Shown in pieces: positions 23,714-34,150 of a stretch of 64,000 bases of DNA. Below the pieces are notes generated by a model, which saw only the letters and a list, made by a program, of their open reading frames with translations, was not told where the DNA came from and made no database searches. The position numbers were made by a program, and so were the translations under genes. Source of the DNA: Trypanosoma brucei (taxonomy: Eukaryota); NCBI GenBank assembly GCA_000002445.1, contig CH464491.1, forward strand, positions 3,904,001 to 3,968,000. Reading direction: 5' to 3'. Numbering within the stretch: the first letter of the stretch is position 1; every line of letters starts with the position of its first letter.

Positions 23714-24650
23714 ATACGCGTGCACACCAACAGAAGCTAACCCTGCAGCTAGCTAGCACTCAATTCCAACAAAATTAAGCGATTATATGCTTCTTCCAAT
23801 GCTATGGGTGTGTGCCCTCCCTGTCACAGCACCTACCAACGCACACGTGCACTGGTAAGAAAAAATCAGTAAAGAATAGGAGAGGGGTAGGTTAAAACAC
23901 ACAATCACCTTACAACAGGAAACTTGCCCACAATATGTCCTCATGTGCAAGTACATGGGTATGTTTATACTAAAGGATATCACTCCCATTACCTACGCAC
24001 CGCACAACAAAAATAGTTTATGGTTTCCCCTTTCAACGTTCCGCTCACCTGCGCCAACACCCATCAGTGAAAAATAACAAACAATATCAGGCCTTGTCAG
24101 GTCTGCACATGCAAATACGGAGGAGAGGAGGTTGACCACCGCATTCAACTGATACGCGTTTCAGTGACGTGTGCACTGGCAGACCCCAAAAAATAAAGGA
24201 AGTGCATCACATTTAAAAGCCACTACTTTTTCGTACCACCATGTAGACATGCACATGTATGTGAATATCTAGTGGAAGGATAATGCTGACCCCCTCTTAC
24301 GTCACGACCTGAACAAAATGAGTTCGTACCATCGAACTCCAACAGCGGTAGATTTTGTTTTCACCACGACGAAGTCCTCGACCATCAGCTCCGTTACATT
24401 TGCAGTCACAAAAGTTTGAGACACAGGTAAAACGTCAAGTAAAGGCGAACTCGCCTTTACACAATCGCAAATACCGCGCAAACTACAGCCAGTCAATATG
24501 TAATAACGCCAGAAAATTAAAGGAAGATAGTCCGTCTGCTTCGGTTTGAACTAGATAATCTCAGTCACATCATTTACAACTTATTTCTCACAGCAAAGAG
24601 ACATCAGTGTCCAACTGCACAAAAATAGGAAGAGTTAATTCCTTTACCCT

Positions 24651-26459
24651 TCAAAATAATTCGTCCAGTATTGAGTCCCTCTCTACCCGTGTCCGAAGGT
24701 AGGCCAGTAACTCCTGTCGTTTCCCAGAGAGCTTAGCCATGGTGAAATATTGCTCAGATACTTCCTCCACACTGTTCTTCTCCGCTCCAAACACGGGCGA
24801 AGAAGCCGCGTACACGACAGGCACGAACCAGTCAACAGTAACTTGCTTCGCTAAAATTTCTGATGAGAGCAGCTGCGGTGGTGTAAGTAAGGGCACCCTC
24901 ATCACGCAACCCGGCTTCGGCCAATACTGCTCAACTTCCCAGTACGCCTTCAGGCGGTCCTCGAGTGAGACGACACGCCTACCGTAAGAAACGGCCTGCC
25001 GGAGGATAGCACTCATTTCTGCGTTTCCTCCATGTAAAAGTGTATGGAGCGAACTCCGGGAGTCAGTAGAAAGTTTATAGTGCTTCTCATGCGTTGCTAG
25101 AGTGAAGAGAGCCATCACCACCCGCCGGCGAATTGTTTCCTCATATGGATTCAAACCACTGTGTCCAGAAAACACACTCATTAAAAGGGGAATGAGCTGC
25201 CCAGCAACAAACGACTCATCCTGTAAATCAGTTTCAACGTGATCGTAGATGATCGGGTTATCACTCCAATGAGCACATTTTTGTAAAAAGTAAGATATTT
25301 CTTCCATAAACAAATAAGCCAGCCGTCGCTGTTCCACCATAATACAGTCATTCAACGTTACGACAATATGGGGAATGTTAGGGGGAGAAATAAGGGGTCG
25401 GCTACCGCTCTCCAGAAGGGCAACATGAATTATGGGCAACAAGGTCGGATCACCAGGCAGTGCCTCATCAGGGGTGTTGAAAATGTCTAGTGCTGCAACT
25501 TTTCCAGAAGTGGCAGACTCACCGTCATGCATAAACCAGTCGTAGCTTTCTTTTGGTCCGTACAGAAACAGCTTTACGGGAATACTCTCAGCAGTGTCAT
25601 CGACGCAGTACAACTCCCGATCAATGTCGGTAAAGTATTTGCGCTGGTTCTCGGGCAGCGTCGTCAGAGGCGGCGGCAAAAAGGTACCATTAGAAGTCTT
25701 CAGAGGTAGGGCTGTTTGCTGAACGAACTCACCCGAATCATCCAAGTGCCACCATGTTACCGCACCACGCTGTGATAAACGAGTTGCGTTGTCGCAAATG
25801 GCTCCATCCTCTAAAAAGCTGGGCCACACCAAACTTTCGCCAAGCACTGGTATAGCCGGACATTTGGAAGGATCCTCCCGATGAAACAACTGCAGATTCA
25901 GAATGTTTGGCACGACCGTATCCTCCTCCTCATCCCTAGTTTCCGCCGTGGCAGCCTCACCATCAACAGGAATATCAGGTGCTTCACTCGTCTTTTCCCC
26001 TTTAGGGGCGCGTTCGAAAACATCTTTGAACGAAGATATGAGTTGATAATAGGCCGGTGATTCCATGTGTGTGCCCGGCCCAGCCCATCCTGCCTTGAAA
26101 GCAATTTTTGGTTTCGGGAACTCATTCCAACGAGAATCAGTCACAAACTTCATACCATCGGAGCCAGTGATTCCATAAACTGCTTCACTACGCCAGCGGC
26201 CGAGGCGACAAGGAACACCCGAATCAAGGAACTTTAACGCCTCACTTTCCCCTGTTCTATCGACGCTGCAGATACCGCCACTCACGTGTTCGGACACCTC
26301 ATTAATTTTTGGAACGATGACGCAGCGCCACTTTTTTGAAACACCTGCCAGAGGACAAAGTGGAGGAAGCGGAACGCGGGAAAGCACATCAACTAAGGGA
26401 TACACTCGCAGACCGTAGTAACGGGCGTCAGTAGCCTCGTCTCTAGTACCGCCGCCCAT
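24651..26459 (-). CDS. Hypothetical protein (~602 aa)
   Basis: Long minus ORF. The track start at 26465 is GTG; the first ATG is at 26459. No recognisable domain. Confidence 0.55.
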   Translation of the reverse strand: MGGGTRDEATDARYYGLRVYPLVDVLSRVPLPPLCPLAGVSKKWRCVIVPKINEVSEHVSGGICSVDRTGESEALKFLDSGVPCRLGRWRSEAVYGITGSDGMKFVTDSRWNEFPKPKIAFKAGWAGPGTHMESPAYYQLISSFKDVFERAPKGEKTSEAPDIPVDGEAATAETRDEEEDTVVPNILNLQLFHREDPSKCPAIPVLGESLVWPSFLEDGAICDNATRLSQRGAVTWWHLDDSGEFVQQTALPLKTSNGTFLPPPLTTLPENQRKYFTDIDRELYCVDDTAESIPVKLFLYGPKESYDWFMHDGESATSGKVAALDIFNTPDEALPGDPTLLPIIHVALLESGSRPLISPPNIPHIVVTLNDCIMVEQRRLAYLFMEEISYFLQKCAHWSDNPIIYDHVETDLQDESFVAGQLIPLLMSVFSGHSGLNPYEETIRRRVVMALFTLATHEKHYKLSTDSRSSLHTLLHGGNAEMSAILRQAVSYGRRVVSLEDRLKAYWEVEQYWPKPGCVMRVPLLTPPQLLSSEILAKQVTVDWFVPVVYAASSPVFGAEKNSVEEVSEQYFTMAKLSGKRQELLAYLRTRVERDSILDELF

Positions 26460-26730
26460 TATCACCCTGGACCACCTAATGACAATCTTGATATGTCACT
26501 ATGCTTCCGCTCTTAGAGGCTATTAAGAGGTAAGAGAGTAGATATAATTGCCACACCATTGTCGCTATTTACTAACAAATTAAGAGGTCACCCAATTGTA
26601 TGCAAAAACGACGAAATTCAATTTTCAACCAAATGTTACACTTGCGCATATAACCTTACTTTATTTAATGATCACACCAACTCATCACGGCGAACACAAG
26701 ACGCGCACGAACAGTACAGCCAACCAACTT

Positions 26731-27180
26731 TTAGTACAGCGACTGCGTCCTTGCTTTTGATTGTCTTTCCCTCAACGCTTTGGCTTCGCGCCCGGGATAT
26801 CTACGCGCGTCAACACGACGGTGCGACTTTGCAGCCGAGACGCTCAAACCCTCACGTACATCACCTCCCCTGGAACGCGGTGCTTTACCCTCCACTGATT
26901 CCTGGTGGTCCTGGTCTGTGCTTTGTGAAACTTCTTCAGTGTTTATTTCGGCGGCTCGCTCCGCGTCTCTTTGGGCTTTACGGCGGATTGCATACGACTG
27001 CATGATTGCGGTCATGTGAGAATCCTCTTCCCTCGCGCAGCGTTTCGCTATGACCCTACACAAACGCTTCCGCGCTCTCTGTGCCCAAGATGATGAACTA
27101 ATTTTCTTTTTTCTCTCCCGACGACGCTCTGAGCGTGTCTTCATGGGATCCCCACGACGCGCCAGACGATTGCCGCGCAT
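26731..27180 (-). CDS. Possible small, highly basic (Arg/Lys-rich) protein, 149 aa
   Basis: Minus-strand ORF with a true ATG (plus 'cat' at 27178-27180), in the same orientation as the transcription unit, inside a 1.3 kb gap between flanking genes. The sequence is low-complexity and an antisense plus ORF overlaps it, so support is weak. Confidence 0.3.
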   Translation of the reverse strand: MRGNRLARRGDPMKTRSERRRERKKKISSSSWAQRARKRLCRVIAKRCAREEDSHMTAIMQSYAIRRKAQRDAERAAEINTEEVSQSTDQDHQESVEGKAPRSRGGDVREGLSVSAAKSHRRVDARRYPGREAKALRERQSKARTQSLY

Positions 27181-27749
27181 GGCTGCTTGGGCAAACTAAA
27201 AACAACAAGATATATGCGAACTTGAAGGAGTTAACAAATGCAACTATGCACTTTAACAGGGAGACAGCGATCCTGTGTAATCTGCGGAACAAGGCGAAGT
27301 CGACCAAATCGCTTCGAACTTACGGTGCAGCGAGAAAGCTGAAGGGAGATGTAGAGAAGTGTTTATAGCAACAACGAAGATAAACCTGATGCACAGAAAA
27401 TAAACAACGGAGCAACAAGTGTACACCGGTAAAAATTACCTCAAACACTCTGAAGGAAGGGATATGAACTCTTTTTTCTTTCGATCACTATTTTACGCAG
27501 CGACAGTGTTTGGTCATTCATTGACGCAAGATATATGAAGAAAAAGAACTCCACACCCCACCTCCAGCAACATTTCCAGCTGCCGAAAAAAGCAGTCGTT
27601 AGTGTCCCACAGTTGCCGCTCACACGTGTGATAACCAGCACGAAACCGCCACAGTTTTTTCAAGTCAGCCCATCCCGCAGGTGATGGGCGACACGCGGAG
27701 GCGTGCTCTGTCTTTCATATACCTTCACGAACTCTCCCATCTCACCCCC

Positions 27750-27778
27750 TCACACACACACACACACGCACACACAAA
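27750..27778. repeat. (CA)n microsatellite
   Basis: Direct reading: cacacacacacacacacgcacacacaaaca. Confidence 0.9.
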
Positions 27779-27810
27779 CATATATCCCAGTACGATGTGT
27801 AAACGCCATC

Positions 27811-28284
27811 TTACTCTCCACGAGCACGCTTTCCACCTACCTTACTCGATCCGTCACGTTTACCCACAAAATAACCTGCCTCATAACCCGCATTGAAGTA
27901 AGCCACCAACAGCTGGCGGATGTCAGCGGGAAGTCTGTCAAACATACTTTGATGCAAGACTACAGGAGCCACCGACGCATTAATGGGGGCAGCGGTAACA
28001 ATAGCCGAAGCCACCCCCGCCTCCCGCTGCCCAGACTGAAAGGAACGCAACGATGATTTTTGCTCAGACTCTGCCACTTCATCATCTTCCGTAGTGATCA
28101 AGCTTCCGTCTTCCGATACCGTCGATGGTACTGGTGCTTCATCTTCTGCCTTTTCACATTGGTCCTCTTCCAGTTGTGCATTCCACAAACGAATTAGGTC
28201 GGCATCGTCCCACAGACTGTTGTCGCCTGCACCTCGTGTGAACACAATTGTGCTTTCAGTCGACTTATTATTCCGCCGGACCAT
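27811..28284 (-). CDS. SMN: Survival-of-motor-neuron (SMN) orthologue, 157 aa, lacking a Tudor domain
   Basis: ATG verified. The N-terminal 'SLWDDADLIRLWNAQLEE' aligns with the human SMN Gemin2-binding helix 'DIWDDTALIKAYDKAVAS'. The C-terminal 'LLVAYFNAGYEAGYFVG' aligns with the SMN YG box 'MLISWYMSGYHTGYYMG'. A small Tudor-less SMN is consistent with the described trypanosome SMN. Confidence 0.7.
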   Translation of the reverse strand: MVRRNNKSTESTIVFTRGAGDNSLWDDADLIRLWNAQLEEDQCEKAEDEAPVPSTVSEDGSLITTEDDEVAESEQKSSLRSFQSGQREAGVASAIVTAAPINASVAPVVLHQSMFDRLPADIRQLLVAYFNAGYEAGYFVGKRDGSSKVGGKRARGE

Positions 28285-28779
28285 AGTCGCCCTCCTCTAA
28301 TCTCCGTCCTCACCACCCACAACTCCTTTCACGTATGCACACCGCTGCCTCTGACCCTTTGCTTAAGAGTCTTGACGATCGAAGGCAATTCGATGCCACT
28401 AATTAAACTGCGTTCAGAAAAGGAAAAAAAAATAGTAGTAATCAAGAAAAACACGTCACTTACATATACGTGTGTTTGTGTGTAAACATACACTTCCGTA
28501 AATACTAAATATAAACAGAGAAGCACAATACAGACAGAAAGATTAATTATGTAACCACAAACTACAGAGAGGGAACAATCCACACACTCACTTACATCAC
28601 ACACAAGCTCCTACTCTTCTTTTTTTTTGCTTTCCCCTTCACCCGCCATACGCATAGAGACAACTTCACACAGTTGATTCAAGTGATTTCAAAGGTTTCA
28701 TCACAACACAACCACACACGCACGTAACATTTGTTGCGGTGCATGAGCGAAAGTGACAAAAAAGCATTACCACTGAGAA

Positions 28780-28860
28780 TCCACATTAGGTGAGAGGAAC
28801 TATTTGTATTAAAGAGGAAGGAAGGGACTGGCGAGTGGAAACAAAAAAAGAAAAAAAAAA
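28780..28860 (-). promoter_or_regulatory. Polypyrimidine tract (minus strand) upstream of SMN
   Basis: The plus strand is purine-rich (gaggaaggaagggactggcgagtggaaacaaaaaaagaaaaaaaaaagaagc), ~500 nt upstream of the SMN ATG. Confidence 0.4.
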
Positions 28861-30725
28861 GAAGCGCACGACCACTGAATGGAAGGTAAACACAACCCGG
28901 AGTGAATAAATGTTATCATCCCTCGCTCATGGTTTAATAGTCCATCGAGTATTCTCATATGACACAGAGGTTTACGTGGTGAGTGTCAAAAGTTCCTCAT
29001 CTTTTATTCCTATTTGCACAACTCTTGGAAAAAAAAACAAACCGAAAAAATATGCATTGTTATTTCGCGCGTTTTCTTTGAATATTATTTCTCTTAGGAA
29101 CGTCTTAATTGTCAAGATCTGTTTCGCTACAGAGGAGAGGCTGTAACCAACTCATGTAAACTTCCGCATACCTATTTATGTGACAATGTCATAACAAAGA
29201 AACAGCAATGAAAAGAAAAAAAATGCATGGTAGAGAAAGAGAGTAAAATAATAATGATAATAATCAAAATTAGAAACAATAAGGAAAAATGGGAAGGAAA
29301 AAAAATTCAAAAATATGGAAGTAAGTAAATAAATAAACACACGGGGTAATAGTAAAAAGCGTGTAAAAAGAAAAAGGAAGGAGAAAAAGAAGATGAAGGG
29401 GATAGTAACTATTGCATGAAACCAATGGAACAAACAAACACCACCTTCTGTACCCCTCACACTCCGCATTACGCACAATAAAAAATGGGGGAGAAAATGA
29501 ACGAAGGGTAAAACAAATGAATAAAATACAACAAGAGCAGCAACAAAAGGAGAAACACTCAACGTGTTGGCCATGTACACCTTCATTTTTATTTATTCAA
29601 CCACACAAACATTGCGTAAAGAGTGAGATATATACAAGATAAAACATAAGAAAAAGAAGGATGGGGAACGCTCACGAGGGGGGGGAAGGAAAGAGCAATG
29701 CCTTTGCGTCGTTGTCCTTCGCACATAACTCCATCACACACTAACAAACATAAAAAATAAAAAAATAGTAATTATATGTAAACAATAACAATAAATAATA
29801 ATAATAATAATTACGGATTATGTGTGAATTGGGGGAGGGAAACGGAATGGAAAAAGTAAATAAAACAGTCACACTTCCGGGGCTGGAAGGAAGGGGAGAG
29901 AGAAAACGAAAATAACACCGCACTGAGATGGAGAGATGAAACAAATCAAATCAAATCAAAAATAAATAAAACGAGCTTCATGGAAAGCCATGATATACAA
30001 CAGCAACACCAGGCAACTAAATAAATAAGGTCAAAGCGAAAAGAGAAGGAAGAAAAAAGAAAAAGAAAAGGGTAAATTAAACTATCAATAAACAAATTCC
30101 CGCCATAAAGCACGGAGGCAACAGGTTTTTCCTTTTTTGAATAATTATGATAACGGCCACAGACTAACAATCCCCATGTTAGAGGAAAGTGAAAAATAGG
30201 GATGATAAATAAAATAAAGTAGGAAACGGGAGTAAAGGGAGTAAACAAAGATTTAGTTGCCACCAAAAAAAAAAAGAACAGGAGGTGATAACAACCAAAC
30301 ATGTAATTGGGGCAACTAAAATAATATGAGGTGCCTTAACATAATTAAAAAGAAAAAGAGCCTGAAAAAAATTACAAACCTGAATGTCGAACGGGGTATC
30401 TTTAAAAAAAAAAAACAATCGAAAAAGAAGTATGCTACGTTAAAGGGACGAGTTTATTTATATGCTACGGAAATTTTTGCTAGTAAAGTTAATTAAATAA
30501 ATAATTATAATAATAAATAACGATAAACATATGTTGATGTGGATAAGCTCTCGGAATACATTTAATTGCGTCTCATCCAATATCTGCACCACCTGTTCCT
30601 TTCTTTCTCTTTCCTCCCTTGCTTTAAGAACCGAAAAGGGAAAGGGTTAAAAAATAGGAAAACTAAAATATGGGAGCGTTACAGGGAGAAAAAAAAAGAG
30701 TAATAAAATAGCCTCCGTCACAAAA

Positions 30726-32447
30726 CTACCCCATGTCAAGAGTAAACATGAGGGCGGTCAGCCACCGGTCACGTTCTTCTTCAGTTTTGGTAGCAAACAG
30801 AATAGACTGCGAATGCACTGTTGAGAGCACAAATACAAACTTCTTATTGCAATCCACTTTCTCCACGCTGTTTGCCTCTGGGGAATAGAAAATTTTCATC
30901 GGCGAAACTGACTTGATTGTGTCGAGTGGCATCCTTTTACTGCGTGTGTTGCAGTTGGAGGCGCACTTTTCTTTTGCTAGTGTGACAGTTAAGTAACCGT
31001 CAGCCAAAGTGAGATACCGCTCCTTCCAACGTCCGTCAAGCGTTCCCTTAAATACAACCCCTTCCATGTGCCCGGGGATTCCCGACTCAATTTGTTTTTC
31101 AGTTTCCGACATAATCAAATTTTCCCCCTCCACTATGCCTCGCATTACGAGGACCCGCTCCTTTGCGGTGAGGTTGTAGCGGCGGCGATCCCCAATACAA
31201 TCCACAGGATTGGAAATGTAGTTCCTTTCAACTTCATCATCGGCGGCAATCATATCATACACTTGCTTTTTAAACAGGTGTAAATAGTGCTGCATCAGGG
31301 GTGTTTTCAGTAGTTGAGAAGCGCTTGGTCGTCTATCGGGATCTAACTGCAGTATATACTCAAGAAACTCTCGCATCTCAAGACTTATGCAAGGAGGAGA
31401 AGCTTTGCCATCGGTGTTAGCAGCCGAATTATTGGACTCGCCAGATTTTTGAGTTGGTGGAAGCCACATGTCACCCGATAGCACCAGTTCCTTAAGTTTT
31501 GCTGGTGAGTGTGCTTCAAAAGGGCGGCGCTTTCCTAAAAGTTCACACAACACAATACCAGCAGCCCATATGTCAGCTTTCTTTCCGTACCGCTGACCCT
31601 TTAACATCTCAGGTGAGAGGTAATAACTCGTTCCCAGGAAAGTAACAGCGATGGGGTTACTCACGCTAGTATCGTACTGTTTTGAAAAACCAAAATCACC
31701 CAGCTTCAAGAATCCGCGAGATGTGAGAAAGATGTTAGCCGTCTTAATATCGCGATGAATCATTCGCCGCCGGTGGACGTGGTCAAGACCTAAAAGTAAC
31801 TGAACAAACAACACTCCAGCCTCCCTCTCAGTAGGGAAGCGGTCGCTGGGCATGTGGTGAAGGTTGCGATACAAATCCCCTTTATCCGCGAACTCTGTTA
31901 TAATAACAATTGTTTGAAACTCGTCATCAATGTAGAAGTGCTCGTAATACCGTACAATAGCGAAATGATCAGCATTCGCCAAACACATTATTTCCGTCTG
32001 TGCGTACTGCCGGTCGTGATCCGACATGCAGGTTAGATTTAGGACCTTTGCCACAAACTGCCTTGACTGGCAATCACCTACACGCTCTGTCCCATTTACT
32101 GCCAAACTTTCAGCACCAATTCTTCCCCTTCGCTTAGCCACTGGAGCTACCGGATTGTTCTCGACGATAAATGCCTCCCCAAAGGCACCTCTTCCCGCCA
32201 TCTTTTTCTTTATGTATAAAGCTGTAGAGCTACCGGGTTCTCCCAAAATATCCTCAAGCGAAAGCCGCTCAGGGTCAAATTTATTGTTGTATCCATCGGT
32301 TTTAATTACTGGAATGGGAGGCGAATTACTCCTCTGCGCATCCGATCGCGTGTCGGAGGCGGTGGTGTGAGAACTTGACGACGCGGTCTTTGGAGTTGGT
32401 AATTCCGTTGGTGCTCTCGTAGCTACTCTCACAACACCGTTTCCCAT
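30726..32447 (-). CDS. NIMA-related (NEK-family) Ser/Thr protein kinase with C-terminal PH domain
   Basis: The track start at 32474 is GTG; the first ATG gives MGNGVVRV.... Kinase motifs: 'GRGAFGEAFIV', 'HRDIKTANIFL', 'LGDFGFSK', 'GTSYYLSPE' (NEK signature GTPYYLSPE). The C-terminal ~110 aa 'VVFKGTLDGRWKERYLTLADGYLTV...ERDRWLTALMF' is PH-domain-like. This architecture is known for trypanosome NRK kinases. Confidence 0.8.
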   Translation of the reverse strand: MGNGVVRVATRAPTELPTPKTASSSSHTTASDTRSDAQRSNSPPIPVIKTDGYNNKFDPERLSLEDILGEPGSSTALYIKKKMAGRGAFGEAFIVENNPVAPVAKRRGRIGAESLAVNGTERVGDCQSRQFVAKVLNLTCMSDHDRQYAQTEIMCLANADHFAIVRYYEHFYIDDEFQTIVIITEFADKGDLYRNLHHMPSDRFPTEREAGVLFVQLLLGLDHVHRRRMIHRDIKTANIFLTSRGFLKLGDFGFSKQYDTSVSNPIAVTFLGTSYYLSPEMLKGQRYGKKADIWAAGIVLCELLGKRRPFEAHSPAKLKELVLSGDMWLPPTQKSGESNNSAANTDGKASPPCISLEMREFLEYILQLDPDRRPSASQLLKTPLMQHYLHLFKKQVYDMIAADDEVERNYISNPVDCIGDRRRYNLTAKERVLVMRGIVEGENLIMSETEKQIESGIPGHMEGVVFKGTLDGRWKERYLTLADGYLTVTLAKEKCASNCNTRSKRMPLDTIKSVSPMKIFYSPEANSVEKVDCNKKFVFVLSTVHSQSILFATKTEEERDRWLTALMFTLDMG

Positions 32448-33172
32448 TAAATAACAACGAGAGGACGCCTTCACAGTATGTAATAGGACGACAAGTTGAT
32501 GTGCGGCTTTAAAAAAAAAAAAACGTTACAGCTTTCGCCTTGATCTTAGATTTTTTCCTTTTGGTTTCTTTTATGAAATAGGATAAAAGGGGGAGAGAAA
32601 ATCCAATGTCAATAACTCCAGTAAAAACAAAGTCGGGAAGCTGACGATGTGCTACAAAGCAACACTCACATACCAGGTTTTGTAAAAAGAAAAACACAAG
32701 AAACAAAACTATAATCCTAGTAGTAAGAAAGGGCCACAGAAGAGTGTTACCACAAAAGACCGAGGGCACACGCTGCTCGAGGCAGGGAGAAAAAAAAAAG
32801 AAAAAATGTAAGTGCCCCCCCAAGGCGCTGCCTCACAGAAACGAAAAGAGAGAAACCAATACGTAAAAAACAGTCCAGTGGGAAGAATACGCCCCACTGA
32901 CACCTTTCTTCATTTTACTGGAGAACCAAGAGGAATTATGTAAAGGATCTGCACGATATGTATCGCACTTCCATACCATTTCCTCCCACCCAACCGGTAA
33001 CACGTTTAGTACCCGCCATCGAAAAGTAGAATTCATAGGAGTACCAAGAATTACGGCTCCGTTAGTAAGAACCACACAGTCATAACATCAATAATCAAAA
33101 ATTCAACACCAGATAAGAATAAACACACTACTCTTCACGTCATTTTAAGAAACACAACTGCACAACGCCATC

Positions 33173-33799
33173 TTACAAGTCACTATGCGGTGCCCCAGGG
33201 TTACGTTTCCTTGTAAATTGATTTTCCGCATGATCCCAGTTTACCACGTTCCAAAATGTTTGCACGTAAGCCGGACGGTCATTCTTGTAATCAATATAGT
33301 AAGCATGCTCCCAAACATCGCAGGCGAGAATCGGCTTGAGATCCGCTTCAGTCAGTGGGCAACCGGCGTCATGCGTTTGAAATACTTTCAGTTTTTTTGT
33401 GGTGGTGTCCTGCACAAGCCACGCCCAACCAGAGCCGAAGTGGCCCACCGCCGCATTAGTGAACTCCTCCTTGAATTTTGCGAAGCTGCCGAATGATGCC
33501 CTGATGGCCTCTGCGAGTTTACCACTTGGTTCCCCACCGCCGTTGGGAGACATGCTCTCCCAGTAGAAGTTATGGTTAAATATCTGCGCCGCAAGGTTGA
33601 AGATGGGGCCTTTTTCTGTTCGGATGATTTCCTCAACGCTCTTCGCAGCAAGCGCTGGATTAGATTTCGCGGCCGCATTCAATTTCGTCACATAACCCAT
33701 GTGATGCTTGTCGTAGTGAAACGTCACCTGTTCCTTCGATATACCCTTTGCGGCTAATCCATCGTACCCCCACGGAAGTGGTGGAATGCTGAAAGCCAT
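33173..33799 (-). CDS. Iron superoxide dismutase (Fe-SOD, B-type, no mitochondrial presequence)
   Basis: 208 aa with ATG verified. Fe/Mn-SOD family hallmarks: 'FHYDKHH', 'NHNFYWESM', 'FGSGWAWLV', 'DVWEHAYY'. It starts directly at the conserved core, so it is likely cytosolic or glycosomal. Confidence 0.9.
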   Translation of the reverse strand: MAFSIPPLPWGYDGLAAKGISKEQVTFHYDKHHMGYVTKLNAAAKSNPALAAKSVEEIIRTEKGPIFNLAAQIFNHNFYWESMSPNGGGEPSGKLAEAIRASFGSFAKFKEEFTNAAVGHFGSGWAWLVQDTTTKKLKVFQTHDAGCPLTEADLKPILACDVWEHAYYIDYKNDRPAYVQTFWNVVNWDHAENQFTRKRNPGAPHSDL

Positions 33800-34077
33800 C
33801 GGTGTTACTTATGTTGAAAGTACCGAAAAATATAGAATAATAAGGGAAATTATTTTCTTTTCCTACTATTGGTTTCCCTTCTTATTGCTCTACAGTTCCT
33901 TTTTCTTTTTTTTAAAAAGATCAGTTTATGGTCTCTACTTATGAGTCCAGTTATACAAGAGTTCAAGGAGATGAACAGTAACGCATTTGGTACGATTTGA
34001 ATTAAGAACAATAGTTCAGCAGCCGACACGGAGGAAGTTAAGCAAACAGGGCGTGCAACAAAAATATATATGATTCC

Positions 34078-34150
34078 AGCAACTCGTCGAGTATAATCTT
34101 CAGATTACAGAAAAAAAGTGAAAAGTGAAAAGAAGCAAAATGAGAGCTTA
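34078..34150 (-). promoter_or_regulatory. Polypyrimidine tract (minus strand) upstream of Fe-SOD
   Basis: The plus strand reads cagaaaaaaagtgaaaagtgaaaagaagcaaaatgagagcttagaggg, so the minus strand is a C/T-rich run ~300 nt upstream of the ATG. Confidence 0.4.

Noticed and set aside
29176-30418. Several 70-140-aa ORFs in the AT-rich 28.3-30.7 kb region
   Set aside because: Poly-Phe/Leu/Lys translations of A/T-rich low-complexity DNA, in all frames on both strands. Consistent with a 3'UTR or spacer, not coding.
33388-33678. Alternate-frame minus ORFs inside the Fe-SOD and PEBP genes (33388-33678, 22270-22854)
   Set aside because: They overlap bona fide CDSs in another frame and have no independent support.
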